Below are positions 56,038-64,000 of a DNA stretch of 64,000 bases, piece after piece (the first letter of the stretch is position 1; each line of letters opens with the position of its first letter). Location: assembly GCA_965206765.1 (NCBI GenBank), contig OZ242222.1:508527-572526 (forward strand), in the 5' to 3' direction. The notes beneath the pieces were generated by a model. That model ran no database searches. It saw only the letters and a list, made by a program, of their open reading frames with translations, and was not told where the DNA came from. The stretch comes from Candidatus Multivorans sp. (GTDB lineage: Bacteria; Acidobacteriota; Thermoanaerobaculia; Multivoradales; Multivoraceae). Made by a program: the position numbers and the translations under genes.

Positions 56038-56040
56038 GCG

Positions 56041-56766
56041 ATGGTGCCTGCGTTCGCTATCCCGATCGCCACGCTCATGGCCACCGGCGACACAGCCGTG
56101 GTGCACTTCTTTCTCCGTTCGGGCCCGGTGGCGAAAATCGTGCTCGGGATCCTGGTCCTGATGTCGCTGTCCTCCTGGTACGTGCTGCTGCAGCGCCTGG
56201 TGCTGTTCCGGCGCACGGCGCGGCAGAACCGGGGCTTTCTCGACGTGTTCCGCAAGGCCGCCCGTTTCAGTGACATCGGCAAGGCCGCTTCCGGCCACCG
56301 CGCGTCCTCGCTGGTCGGCCTGTTTCAGGCCGGGTACCTCGAGATCGACACCCAGATCAAGGCCCTGAAGGAGCCCCGGGGAGACGAAGACAACTTCCGC
56401 CTCCAGTCGCTGGTGGGCCTCGAGCGGACCCTTCGCCGGGCCGCGAACGTCGAACTTCGCGTTCTCGCCCGCAACACGTCCTGGTTGGCGACCACCGCCG
56501 CGGCGGCGCCCTTCATCGGCCTGTTCGGGACCGTATGGGGAATCATGATCGCCTTCAACGACATCGGAACCTCGGGTACGGCGAGCATCACGGCGGTTGC
56601 CCCGGGCATCGCCGAGGCGCTGGTCAATACAGCCGCCGGTTTGGTCGCGGCCATCCCCGCCCTGGTCGGGTACAACTATCTCGCCACCAGGCTGCGGCAG
56701 CTCCGCGCGGAAATGGACGACTTCACGCTCGAGTTTCTGAACTTGGCCGAGCGCAATTTCGGCTGA
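56041..56766 (+). CDS. tolQ: Tol-Pal system protein TolQ (MotA/TolQ/ExbB proton channel)
   Basis: PVAKIVLGILVLMSLSSWYVLLQR, APFIGLFGTVWGIMIAF and PGIAEALVNTAAGLVAAIPA motifs. Alternative start at ATG 56077. Confidence 0.85.
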   Translation: MVPAFAIPIATLMATGDTAVVHFFLRSGPVAKIVLGILVLMSLSSWYVLLQRLVLFRRTARQNRGFLDVFRKAARFSDIGKAASGHRASSLVGLFQAGYLEIDTQIKALKEPRGDEDNFRLQSLVGLERTLRRAANVELRVLARNTSWLATTAAAAPFIGLFGTVWGIMIAFNDIGTSGTASITAVAPGIAEALVNTAAGLVAAIPALVGYNYLATRLRQLRAEMDDFTLEFLNLAERNFG

Positions 56767-56790
56767 CCAGCTTTTGCCCAGGAGTCGGAA

Positions 56791-57219
56791 TTGGCCTTCT
56801 TCCAGGACACCGACAGCGATGACTCCGTTCTGGCGGACATCAACGTGACGCCGCTTGTGGACGTCATGCTGGTGCTCCTGATCATCTTCATGATCGCGAC
56901 CCCCATGCTGCACCAGGGCGTGGAGGTCACCTTGCCGGAGATGGACTCGCCTGCCTCGCTGGCAATCCGGGACGAGGACCCGATGATCCTCACCGTGGCC
57001 AAGAACGATCTCGTCTACATCAAGGACGAGCCGGTGGCCACCGCGCTGCTTGTCGATCGCCTGCTGCCCCTGCTGGAACTGCGCGACTACGAGGCGGTGT
57101 TCATCAAGGGCGATGCCGAGGTGCCGTACGGAAGAATCATCCACGTGCTCGACGTTCTCGAACGTGCGGACATCCATCGGGTGTCGCTTGTCGTGCAACC
57201 AGAGGACCAAGGCCGTTAG
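56791..57219 (+). CDS. tolR: Tol-Pal system protein TolR (ExbD/TolR family)
   Basis: INVTPLVDVMLVLLIIFMI motif. TTG start 6 nt after AGGAG. Confidence 0.85.
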   Translation: MAFFQDTDSDDSVLADINVTPLVDVMLVLLIIFMIATPMLHQGVEVTLPEMDSPASLAIRDEDPMILTVAKNDLVYIKDEPVATALLVDRLLPLLELRDYEAVFIKGDAEVPYGRIIHVLDVLERADIHRVSLVVQPEDQGR

Positions 57220-57246
57220 CGGCCGCGATCAGGGAGCCCCAGCCCG

Positions 57247-58017
57247 GTGCCGATTCAGGACGCCCCCACGCCTTCAGTCGAGTCGGCTCTCACACGCCGG
57301 GAACGCCGGGCGGCCGGCCTGAACCGGCCGTGCCTCGTTGCCTCCCTGACGCTTCATGTCGCCGTCCTGGGAGGGATTCTCTTCGGGCCCAGCCTGTTTG
57401 CCGAACGGACCTACCGAGAGCGACAGACGGTCGAACTGACCCGCATGCCGACGATCCGGCCGAAGCCGATTCCAGTGACTCCGCCCCCGGAGGAAGAGCC
57501 GCCGCCCGCGCCGGCGCCTGAACCCGAGCCCGAACCCCCGCCGGAGGAACCGCCGCCGGATGTGCCGGTGCTCGCTGAGGAGAAGCCCGAAGAGCCGGCG
57601 CCGGAGCCCGAACCGCCGCCTCCTCCGCCCGAGCCGGCGCCGGAACCCCGGCCGAAGCTGGAACGCCCTTTCCAGCGCACGCGGACCGTCGACGACTCAC
57701 TGGCCGGGAGCGACGACGCGGAAACGCCGGTGGTCGGCTACGACGCCGAGGACTTCACCTACGCGTACTACACCAGGCGCCTGGTCGCCGCGATCAGGGC
57801 CCGCTGGACGAGGCCTCCGATCGACGGCGTGGAAGCCCTGGTCCGTTTCCGGATCGCGAGCGACGGTACGGTGAGCGAACTCGAACTGATCGCGTCCTCG
57901 GGCGTCACCCGGTTCGACAACGCCGGCCTGCGGGCGATCGAGCTGGCGTCACCGGTGCCACCGCTGCCGCGCAGCTTCCGCAAGCCGAGCCTCGGTGTGA
58001 CGATGAGGATACGGTGA
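57247..58017 (+). CDS. tolA: TolA-like energy transducer with a TonB C-terminal domain
   Basis: N-terminal TM helix (CLVASLTLHVAVLGGILF), Pro/Glu-rich spacer, and a C-terminal TonB_C-like fold (VRFRIASDGTVSELELIASSGVTRFDNAGLRAIE). Sits between tolR and tolB. Confidence 0.7.
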   Translation: MPIQDAPTPSVESALTRRERRAAGLNRPCLVASLTLHVAVLGGILFGPSLFAERTYRERQTVELTRMPTIRPKPIPVTPPPEEEPPPAPAPEPEPEPPPEEPPPDVPVLAEEKPEEPAPEPEPPPPPPEPAPEPRPKLERPFQRTRTVDDSLAGSDDAETPVVGYDAEDFTYAYYTRRLVAAIRARWTRPPIDGVEALVRFRIASDGTVSELELIASSGVTRFDNAGLRAIELASPVPPLPRSFRKPSLGVTMRIR

Positions 58018-58070
58018 CCGCTGCCGCACACCTTCGGCCAGACGAGTGTCTGCGTGACAATGAGGACTAG

Positions 58071-59462
58071 ATGACGATGCGCTTTCGTCCAACGCCGCCG
58101 GTTCGGATCGCCAGGGTCGTGGTCGCGGCCCTCCTCTGCGGGGCCCCGTCCCTGGGCGCGCAGCAGGCGGCCGAAACGCCGCTTCCCGCCGAGCAACTCC
58201 CTTCCGATGTCGAAGTGGTCCTGGACCGCGACGCGGCCCTGCGCCTCAATCTCGCCGTACCTCGTTCCGGGCGTCCGCCGGGCGCCAGGCCGGAGTTTCT
58301 CGACGCGATGAGCGAAGTGGAACAGACCCTGCGGGAGGATCTGGTATTCAGCCAGCTCTTCGACGTCCAGGGCCCGGAGGTCCTGTCGGCGGTTCGTCTC
58401 ACCGGCGACCGGGCCAAGGATCTCGAGCAGTACCGCGCCTACGGCAACGAAGTTGCGCTGCTCACAGAGTTCAAGCTCAGCGGCGAGGAACTGATTCTCG
58501 AGGGGCGAGTGTACGACCTGGCGAGCGGGCAGTTCATTCTGGGCAAGCGTTTCAACGGGGGAATCGACCTCGCCCGCCGCTTCGCCCATGCGATGTCCGA
58601 CGAGATCGTCCTCTACTTCACCGGCCGCCGGGGTATCGCCATGACCGCGATCGCGTTCGTCTCGGACCGCGAAGGCGAGTCCAGCAAGGAGATCTTCCTG
58701 ATGGACTACGACGGTCACGCGCAGCGGCGGATCACGGGGCACATCTCGACCAGCCTCTCGCCGGTCTGGGCGCGGGACGGCAGCGGGCTCGTCTACCTCT
58801 CCTTCTTCGAGGGACAGCCGGGAATCTACTGGGCCGATCTGGTAACCGGCAGGAAGACGGCGATCGTCGCGGAGGAGCAGCCCGCCTACTCGCCCAGTAT
58901 CTGTCCGGACGGCGACACGGTCGTCTTTGCCCGGCCCCTGCGCACGAACCGCAAGAACATGGAGATCTTCGCGGTCTCACGCAGCGGCGGAGCTCCCCGG
59001 CAGCTCACCCGGTCGAGCCGCATCGACACGAACCCGGGGTGCTCGCCCGACGGCAAACGGATCGCCTTTACCTCGAGCCGCTCCGGTACGCCGCAGATCT
59101 ACGTGATGGGCATCGACGGCACGAACCTGCAGCGGGTGACGTTCGAAGGCCGGTACAACGAAGGCGCTTCCTGGCACCCGGACAGCAGCCGGCTCGTCTA
59201 CTCCCGCCGCGCCGACCGGGGGGACCGCCACGACATCGCGGTCGTCGACCTGGTGACCGGCCAGGATCAACTCCTGACGACCGGTCCCGGAAGTCACGAG
59301 AATCCGTCCTTCTCGCCGAATGGCGAGTGGATCGCCTTCGACTCCCAGCACCGCGGAGGTCGCCGGGACATCTTCATCATGAGCCAGGACGGCAGGTACA
59401 CCCGCCAGGTGACCACCTGGGGCAAGAACTCCCACCCTTCCTGGTCGGACTACTTCGACTGA
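58071..59462 (+). CDS. tolB: Tol-Pal system beta-propeller protein TolB
   Basis: Signal peptide, TolB N-domain, and repeated propeller blades (PVWARDGSGLVYLS, PSICPDGDTVVF, PGCSPDGKRIAFTS, ASWHPDSSRLVY, PSFSPNGEWIAF). Confidence 0.9.
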   Translation: MTMRFRPTPPVRIARVVVAALLCGAPSLGAQQAAETPLPAEQLPSDVEVVLDRDAALRLNLAVPRSGRPPGARPEFLDAMSEVEQTLREDLVFSQLFDVQGPEVLSAVRLTGDRAKDLEQYRAYGNEVALLTEFKLSGEELILEGRVYDLASGQFILGKRFNGGIDLARRFAHAMSDEIVLYFTGRRGIAMTAIAFVSDREGESSKEIFLMDYDGHAQRRITGHISTSLSPVWARDGSGLVYLSFFEGQPGIYWADLVTGRKTAIVAEEQPAYSPSICPDGDTVVFARPLRTNRKNMEIFAVSRSGGAPRQLTRSSRIDTNPGCSPDGKRIAFTSSRSGTPQIYVMGIDGTNLQRVTFEGRYNEGASWHPDSSRLVYSRRADRGDRHDIAVVDLVTGQDQLLTTGPGSHENPSFSPNGEWIAFDSQHRGGRRDIFIMSQDGRYTRQVTTWGKNSHPSWSDYFD

Positions 59463-59492
59463 TTCGATGGTGCACGTCACCGAAGCAAACGG

Positions 59493-59521
59493 TTGCCGCG
59501 AACGCGCCACTTTGGTACTCT
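59493..59521 (+). promoter_or_regulatory. possible internal promoter upstream of pal
   Basis: TTGCCG, a 17-nt spacer, then TACTCT in the 109-nt tolB-pal gap. A strong SD GAGGAG precedes the pal ATG. Confidence 0.3.
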
Positions 59522-59571
59522 TTCCCCGCATTCACGAAACCCAGCTTTCAGGTTCGAGGAGAAGTCCCGGT

Positions 59572-60150
59572 ATGTTGGCCAGAAGGTTCCCCGCATTCAT
59601 CCTCCCGGCTCTTGTGCTGCTGGCCGTTGGCGCCTGCAAGAAAGCGGAGCCAGAGCCCCCAGCGCCACCGCCTCCGCCGCCGCCGGTTGAGGCGCCTCCG
59701 CCGCCAGAGCCGGTTCCGCCGCCGCCGGCGCCGCCGGTCGTACCCGCGTACGTTTCGCCTTGGTCCGAGGACATCGTAGAGGCGAACCGGCAGGTCCACG
59801 AGAAAGGTCTCCTGGGCGATGTCTACTTCGAGTTCGACAAGGCGACACTGACCGACATGACGCGTTCCCAGCTCAGCAAGAACGCCGACTTCCTCAAGAC
59901 CAGGGACGGCGAGAACCTCGTGATCACGATCGAGGGCCATTGCGACGAGCGGGGCACGAACGACTACAACCTGGCCCTCGGCGACCGCAGGTCCAACGCC
60001 GCACGGGACTACCTGCTGTCGCTGGGCGTCTCGGGCGATCGTCTCAAGACGATCAGCTACGGCGAGGAGCGCCCGCAGTGCGAGGGCTCGAACGAGGACT
60101 GCTGGCAACTGAACCGTCGCGCCTATTTCCGGGTCACCGACTTCAGTTGA
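59572..60150 (+). CDS. pal: peptidoglycan-associated lipoprotein (OmpA family)
   Basis: Lipobox LLAVGAC, Pro-rich linker, and OmpA-like domain (YFEFDKATL, IEGHCDERGTNDYNLALGDRRSNAARDYL, ISYGEERP). Confidence 0.9.
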   Translation: MLARRFPAFILPALVLLAVGACKKAEPEPPAPPPPPPPVEAPPPPEPVPPPPAPPVVPAYVSPWSEDIVEANRQVHEKGLLGDVYFEFDKATLTDMTRSQLSKNADFLKTRDGENLVITIEGHCDERGTNDYNLALGDRRSNAARDYLLSLGVSGDRLKTISYGEERPQCEGSNEDCWQLNRRAYFRVTDFS

Positions 60151-60230
60151 CTCAGGGCGGCGCCTCAGGCGCCGGCCGGTCGCTGCACTTTCGTCGTAAG
60201 ACGCCCTAGTCGATAGCCGCGGTCCAGAGC

Positions 60231-61094
60231 ATGCGGCGGCCAGAAGTTCGAACGTCCGGCAACCGCAACGGTCGGGCGGGCGGCTCGCTAGTGCTCGCCG
60301 GTTCCGTTCTGGCCCTGCTATCTGTGGCCTGTGCCTCCTCGTCTACGCAGTTGACCGGCCTGGAGACCGGTCTGGCCGCGGTTGAACGGCGGTTGGACGA
60401 ACTGACATCGCAGACGCCGACGCGCCAGGATCTGGCGACCATCGTTCAAGCGCTCGAGAGTCAGGTCGACGGCGATGTGATCGCGAACGCGGATCTCAAG
60501 GAGGATCTGCGCCAGATCCTCTCTGACCTCGAAGCGCTGCGGACGTTGGTCCAGGAGCAACGCCTGATCCTCAATACTTCGGTCGAGCGCGTCGAGCAGA
60601 CGAGTACGGATGTGGCTCTGATCCAGGACCGACTCGAACGCCAGGAGGCGTACCTCGCGGCTCTCAATCAGTTGCAGGAAACCAATCGGCCGGCGCCCGC
60701 TGTTGAGACGGTCGATCCGAAGACCATCTACGGCACTGCGTACCAGGACTACTCCGAGGGGAGATATGAGCGGGCAATCACGGGCTTCCGCCGCTACCTC
60801 GACACGTTTCCGGACGGCGTCGATGCGGGCAGCGCACAGTACTGGCTCGGCGAGTCCCACCTGGGCCAGGGGCAATACCGGGAAGCGATCGAAGAGCTTG
60901 GCCTGGTCCGGGCACGCTACCCGGAGAGCGACAAGGTCGCGAGTTCCATGCTCAAGGTCGGGGTCGCTCTGACCGAGCTGGGCGAGCGCGACCTCGCAAT
61001 CGAGATGTTCCTTCGGGTTCGAGGCAGCTATCCCGATACCGACGAGGCCATCCTGGCGCTCCAGCAACTCGACAACCTGGGCGCCGAAGAGTAA
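60231..61094 (+). CDS. cpoB: Tol-Pal system protein CpoB/YbgF (coiled coil + TPR)
   Basis: N-terminal coiled coil and C-terminal TPRs (YQDYSEGRYERAITGFRRYLDTFPD..AQYWLGESHLGQGQYREAI..YPESDKVASSMLKVG). Last gene of the tol-pal cluster. Confidence 0.8.
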   Translation: MRRPEVRTSGNRNGRAGGSLVLAGSVLALLSVACASSSTQLTGLETGLAAVERRLDELTSQTPTRQDLATIVQALESQVDGDVIANADLKEDLRQILSDLEALRTLVQEQRLILNTSVERVEQTSTDVALIQDRLERQEAYLAALNQLQETNRPAPAVETVDPKTIYGTAYQDYSEGRYERAITGFRRYLDTFPDGVDAGSAQYWLGESHLGQGQYREAIEELGLVRARYPESDKVASSMLKVGVALTELGERDLAIEMFLRVRGSYPDTDEAILALQQLDNLGAEE

Positions 61095-61097
61095 ACT

Positions 61098-61113
61098 GCG
61101 CCGCCGGCGGCGC
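61098..61113 (+). terminator. GC palindrome after cpoB (weak terminator candidate)
   Basis: gcgccgccggcggcgc is a perfect 16-nt palindrome 4 nt after the stop. No T-tract. Confidence 0.2.
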
Positions 61114-61177
61114 CGCGTCCGGCACCGCGTCCCGGGCCGCATGAGATGACGTACAGGTCGAAGGTGAGAGAAGCGAT

Positions 61178-61480
61178 ATGGCGAATAGCAAACAGGCAGA
61201 GAAGCGCATCCGGCAGTCGCGAGTCCGAAGAGACCGCAACCGCGCCGCGATGTCGAAGCTCCGTAGTTCGGTCAAGGCACTGCGTACAGCCGCCGACACG
61301 AACGTGGAGCGTGCCCGGGAACTGCTTCCCGGCACGTTGAGTCTGATCGACGTCACCGCGCGCAAGGGCGTGATCCACGCGAATGCCGCTGCCCGCCGGA
61401 AGTCGAGACTCACCCGGCTGGTCAACCGCCGCACCGAAGCTGCAGCCCCGGCGGAAGCATCCGAAGCAACTGCCGAGTGA
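61178..61480 (+). CDS. rpsT: 30S ribosomal protein S20
   Basis: MANSKQAEKRIRQSRVRRDRNRAAMS is a typical S20 N-terminus; 100 aa. SD gagagaag. Confidence 0.9.
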   Translation: MANSKQAEKRIRQSRVRRDRNRAAMSKLRSSVKALRTAADTNVERARELLPGTLSLIDVTARKGVIHANAAARRKSRLTRLVNRRTEAAAPAEASEATAE

Positions 61481-61518
61481 CCCTGGCGGGCTAGCTAGAT
61501 CCCCTCCTGGATCAAACC

Positions 61519-62070
61519 TCAGAAGCCCTCGAGCAGATCCGTCACCATCGTGTCGGCGAACCGTTCCGCACTGTCTTCGATGGCGATGTTCTCGCGGTCG
61601 AAGAAGTCGCTGTCCGCGCTCTCGATCGGGTAGCTTTCCTTGAACTGGTAGCGGTCATTCGCCCAGATCACCTCCCCTTCTTCTCCGCCGGGTGTCTTGG
61701 CGCTGCGGCGGAAGGAGACATCAGCGACGATTGCCAGTTCGTACTCCTGGGCACGACCGTCGTTCGTGAAGGTGATGGGCGCGACCCGGAAGGCAGTGAC
61801 GGCGCCGCGAATGGCGGCGTCCGACTCCTCTTCGGTGGAGACCAGTTCGAACCGGCGACGGGTCAGGAGTTCGTCCGCGATCGCCTGGGTCAGGAACTGT
61901 TCGACCTCTACCCGGGTCGTCCTGTTCTCAAACGGCGCCAAGAACACGAGTCGTACGTCGTCAGGAATGTTGGACGCCTTGCCGACGAGCGCGTAGCCGC
62001 AACCGATCAGGATCAGGACCGGCAGCAATGCCGCCGCCTCGCGAAACCGCGTCGGACGAGTGCTCTGCAT
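61519..62070 (-). CDS. lptE: LPS-assembly lipoprotein LptE-like
   Basis: Lipobox LILIGCGY and the LptE-like pattern VFLAPFENRTTRVEVEQFLTQAIADELL; 183 aa. The assignment is moderate. Confidence 0.55.
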   Translation of the reverse strand: MQSTRPTRFREAAALLPVLILIGCGYALVGKASNIPDDVRLVFLAPFENRTTRVEVEQFLTQAIADELLTRRRFELVSTEEESDAAIRGAVTAFRVAPITFTNDGRAQEYELAIVADVSFRRSAKTPGGEEGEVIWANDRYQFKESYPIESADSDFFDRENIAIEDSAERFADTMVTDLLEGF

Positions 62071-62102
62071 AGGCGGTCAGGGTACCAGTCTGTCGTGCCC
62101 TG

Positions 62103-62663
62103 TCAGCCGCGCGCCTCGCCGCTCTCGGTGCGACACGGACTGCCGCCACGGGCCGCCAGCGTAGTGCGCAGCGCGTCGAGGATCCCGTTCACGAAACGTC
62201 CCGACTGCTCCGAACCGAACTTCTTGGCCAGTTCGATCGCCTCGTCGATCACCACCACCGCGGGCACGTCGGACTGGAAGCGCATCTCGTAGACCGCCAG
62301 ACGGAGGACGTTGCGATCGACCACCGGCATCCGCTCCAGGCGCCAGTTGTCCGCCTGGTCCGCGACCATTCGATCGATCGACTCCTTGTGGGCGAGACTG
62401 CCCTCCACCAGCGTGCGGGCATAGTCGAGCGCCAACTCCGAGGCCTGCGAACTGGCGCCGGCGTCCGCGGTTTCGGCGCGGAACGCGTGGATGTCGAATT
62501 CCCTGAGCAGTTGAGTTGGTTCCGCGTCTCCCAGTTCCCGCTGGTAGAGCATCTGCAGTGCCATTTCCCTGGCTTGGCGGCGTTTGCCACCCGCCCGTCG
62601 GGGCCGATCGGCGCTTGCCGGCAGCGGGCCTTCCGCCGGCGACACTTCGCGGGTTCTGGTCAT
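62103..62663 (-). CDS. nusB: transcription antitermination factor NusB
   Basis: RQAREMALQMLYQ, VDRNVLRLAVYEM and VVIDEAIELAKKFG motifs. ATGA overlap with the ribH stop. Confidence 0.85.
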   Translation of the reverse strand: MTRTREVSPAEGPLPASADRPRRAGGKRRQAREMALQMLYQRELGDAEPTQLLREFDIHAFRAETADAGASSQASELALDYARTLVEGSLAHKESIDRMVADQADNWRLERMPVVDRNVLRLAVYEMRFQSDVPAVVVIDEAIELAKKFGSEQSGRFVNGILDALRTTLAARGGSPCRTESGEARG

Positions 62664-63118
62664 GACTTGAGCGACCGCAGCAGATTCGCCATCTCGAGCG
62701 CTGCTTCAGCGGCCTCCTCGCCCTTGTTTCCCGCCCTGCCCCCGGCGCGCGCTGCGGCCTGTGCGGCGTCGTGGCAGGTAAGGACGCCAAACCCCACGGG
62801 GATTCCGGTCCTGGCGGTCACTCCGGCACATCCTGCCGCGCACTCGTTGCAGATGTACTCGAAGTGTGGCGTCTCACCCCGGATCACAGCGCCGAGCGCC
62901 ACCAGCGCATCGATCCTTCCGCTGGCGGCCAGGGCATCGAGAGCTGCCGGTATCTCCCAGGCGCCGGGAACCCGGACCAGCAGAAGATCTTCGGCCCCGG
63001 CCCCGTGATCCAGCAGGAACCGACGGGCGCCCTCGACCAGGCGCTCGACGATGCTGCCGTTAAAGCGCGCCGCCACCAGGCCGAACCTGACACCAGCCGC
63101 ATCGGGGGCGGCCCTCAC
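62660..63118 (-). CDS. ribH: 6,7-dimethyl-8-ribityllumazine synthase
   Basis: FGLVAARFNGSIVERL, VRVPGAWEIP, ALGAVIRGETPHFEY and GVLT motifs. Confidence 0.9.
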   Translation of the reverse strand: MRAAPDAAGVRFGLVAARFNGSIVERLVEGARRFLLDHGAGAEDLLLVRVPGAWEIPAALDALAASGRIDALVALGAVIRGETPHFEYICNECAAGCAGVTARTGIPVGFGVLTCHDAAQAAARAGGRAGNKGEEAAEAALEMANLLRSLKS

Positions 63119-63185
63119 GTCAGGAGTGGCGGCATGTCGAGACTGGCGGGTGGCCTGGCGCTACAAGGCTGGAGAGATCGTCAAG

Positions 63186-63262
63186 TGGTCGGGACGGCGA
63201 GATTCGAACTCGCGACCCCCTGAACCCCATTCAGGTACGCTACCAGACTGCGCCACGTCCCG
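63186..63262 (-). tRNA. tRNA-Pro (anticodon GGG)
   Basis: The reverse complement reads CGGGACGTGGCGCAGTCTGGTAGCGT-A-CCTGA-ATGGGGT-TCAGG..GCGAGTTCGAATCTCGC-CGTCCCGACCA. Confidence 0.9.
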
Positions 63263-63329
63263 ACCGGGGGGCATTCTCTACCCAATCGCGGCGCTTGGCA
63301 ACCGGCGCCACCTTCCTCCAGACGCGCGA

Positions 63330-63884
63330 TCAGTCGTCCTCGGCGCCGATCTCAGGCTTGAGTTCGGCCGCAAGCTGCCGCGCCTGCGACACGAGCGCGG
63401 CAACCCCACCCTCGAGCCTCTCGACCCGGCGGGCCAAAGCTCCTATCTCGCCGACATCGGAGGCATCCACGCCCGCCGGAGAACTCTCCAGCGGATCCGC
63501 CGGCTGCGGTTCCTCCACTTCGGCCTCTTCGGTCTCCGAATCGTCTCCCTGCCCTTCCTCCGCCGGCAACTCAGCCTCTGCCGGCAACTCGTCGCCGTCG
63601 GACCGCGCCTCGGTCACCACCAGCGGACGCCCGCGGAGACCGCCCTCCTCGAGTTCAGCAGCGAGCTTCTTCTTGGCGCTGGCGATCGTGTAGCCCTCAT
63701 CGTAGAGAAGCTCCTTGATCCGGCGAATGGTCTCCAGGTCCTCGGCGTCATACTCGCGACGGCCGCCGGCGCCCTTCTTCGAGGCAAGGACCGGAAACTC
63801 GGTCTGCCAGTAGCGCAGAACGTAGGGCTGGAGGTCCAGCACCCTGCACACATCGGCGATCTTGTACTGCTGCTTGGAGGAAAT
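63330..63884 (-). CDS. MerR-family transcriptional regulator (start uncertain; HTH extends upstream of the first canonical start at 63851)
   Basis: HTH YKIADVCRVLDLQPYVLRYWQTEF, then EYDAEDLETIRRIKELLYDEGYTIASAKKKL, then an acidic C-terminal tail. Candidate ATT start at 63884, 7 nt after GGGAG. Confidence 0.7.
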   Translation of the reverse strand: MSSKQQYKIADVCRVLDLQPYVLRYWQTEFPVLASKKGAGGRREYDAEDLETIRRIKELLYDEGYTIASAKKKLAAELEEGGLRGRPLVVTEARSDGDELPAEAELPAEEGQGDDSETEEAEVEEPQPADPLESSPAGVDASDVGEIGALARRVERLEGGVAALVSQARQLAAELKPEIGAEDD

Positions 63885-64000
63885 GACCGGTCTCCCGCCG
63901 GGTCCACAGGTGATGCCCGAGCCCGGCCCAGAAGAGGCGGCGACCCGGATCTCGGAAGTCAGGGAAACGGACGGAGAATATACGAAACGTCTCTAGGGGG

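Noticed and set aside
1-64000. Known defence systems (RM, CRISPR-Cas, toxin-antitoxin, CBASS, retrons and others), prophage genes, integrases and transposases
   Set aside because: I recognised none of their signature motifs in any ORF on either strand. The only mobile-element signal is the tRNA-fragment/composition evidence reported in the findings.

Overview
This is a 64-kb, very GC-rich (roughly 70% by eye) chromosomal segment from a diderm bacterium. All calls come from reading the ORF translations and the DNA by eye; no searches were run. Start codons are often uncertain because GTG, TTG and possibly rarer starts are used.

The window is dominated by housekeeping and envelope genes:
- **1-17 kb:** cmk, an NtrY-like sensor kinase, mscS, glutaminyl cyclase, a GYF-AIM24 protein, bactofilin, rluD-lspA-thiE, a large secreted FecR/DUF6600-like repeat protein, def, cysS and yraN.
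- **22-37 kb:** feoAB, an enoyl-CoA hydratase, dnaB-alr, purC, tolC, carD and priA-recJ.
- **37-46 kb:** an LPS-transport and regulatory PTS block: a giant LptC/LptA-like protein, lptB, rpoN, ptsN, rapZ, EIIA(Man), HPr and EI.
- **46-64 kb:** miaB, a BFN nuclease, an orphan parB, a fused lptF-lptG, metK, a TrmH methyltransferase, etfBA, a complete tolQ-tolR-tolA-tolB-pal-cpoB cluster, rpsT, lptE, nusB, ribH and a MerR regulator.

Seven intact tRNAs are present: Gly-CCC, Gly-GCC, Cys-GCA, Leu-TAA, Leu-CAA, Pro-GGG, plus orphan Leu-tRNA fragments. Genes are tightly packed, with many 4-nt GTGA/ATGA stop-start overlaps.

I found no recognisable defence system, CRISPR array, integrase, transposase or phage gene, so I cannot support a claim of a clearly novel multi-gene system. 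The most unusual observations are:
1. A lower-GC segment without an integrase sits between tRNA-Leu(TAA) and a direct repeat of a Leu-tRNA 3' half. It contains two genes that face each other and are both truncated at one junction, plus a (TC)11 microsatellite.
2. A second orphan Leu-tRNA 3' half lies next to tRNA-Leu(CAA).
3. There are two near-perfect in-frame tandem repeat arrays: 51 bp in the FecR-like protein and 15 bp at the etfB/etfA junction.
4. LptF and LptG are fused into one 810-aa ORF, and a 767-aa multi-OstA-module protein precedes lptB.
5. Two conserved proteins (Alr and MerR) have N-termini that extend upstream of any canonical start codon.

The many long antisense ORFs in the track are treated as high-GC artefacts.
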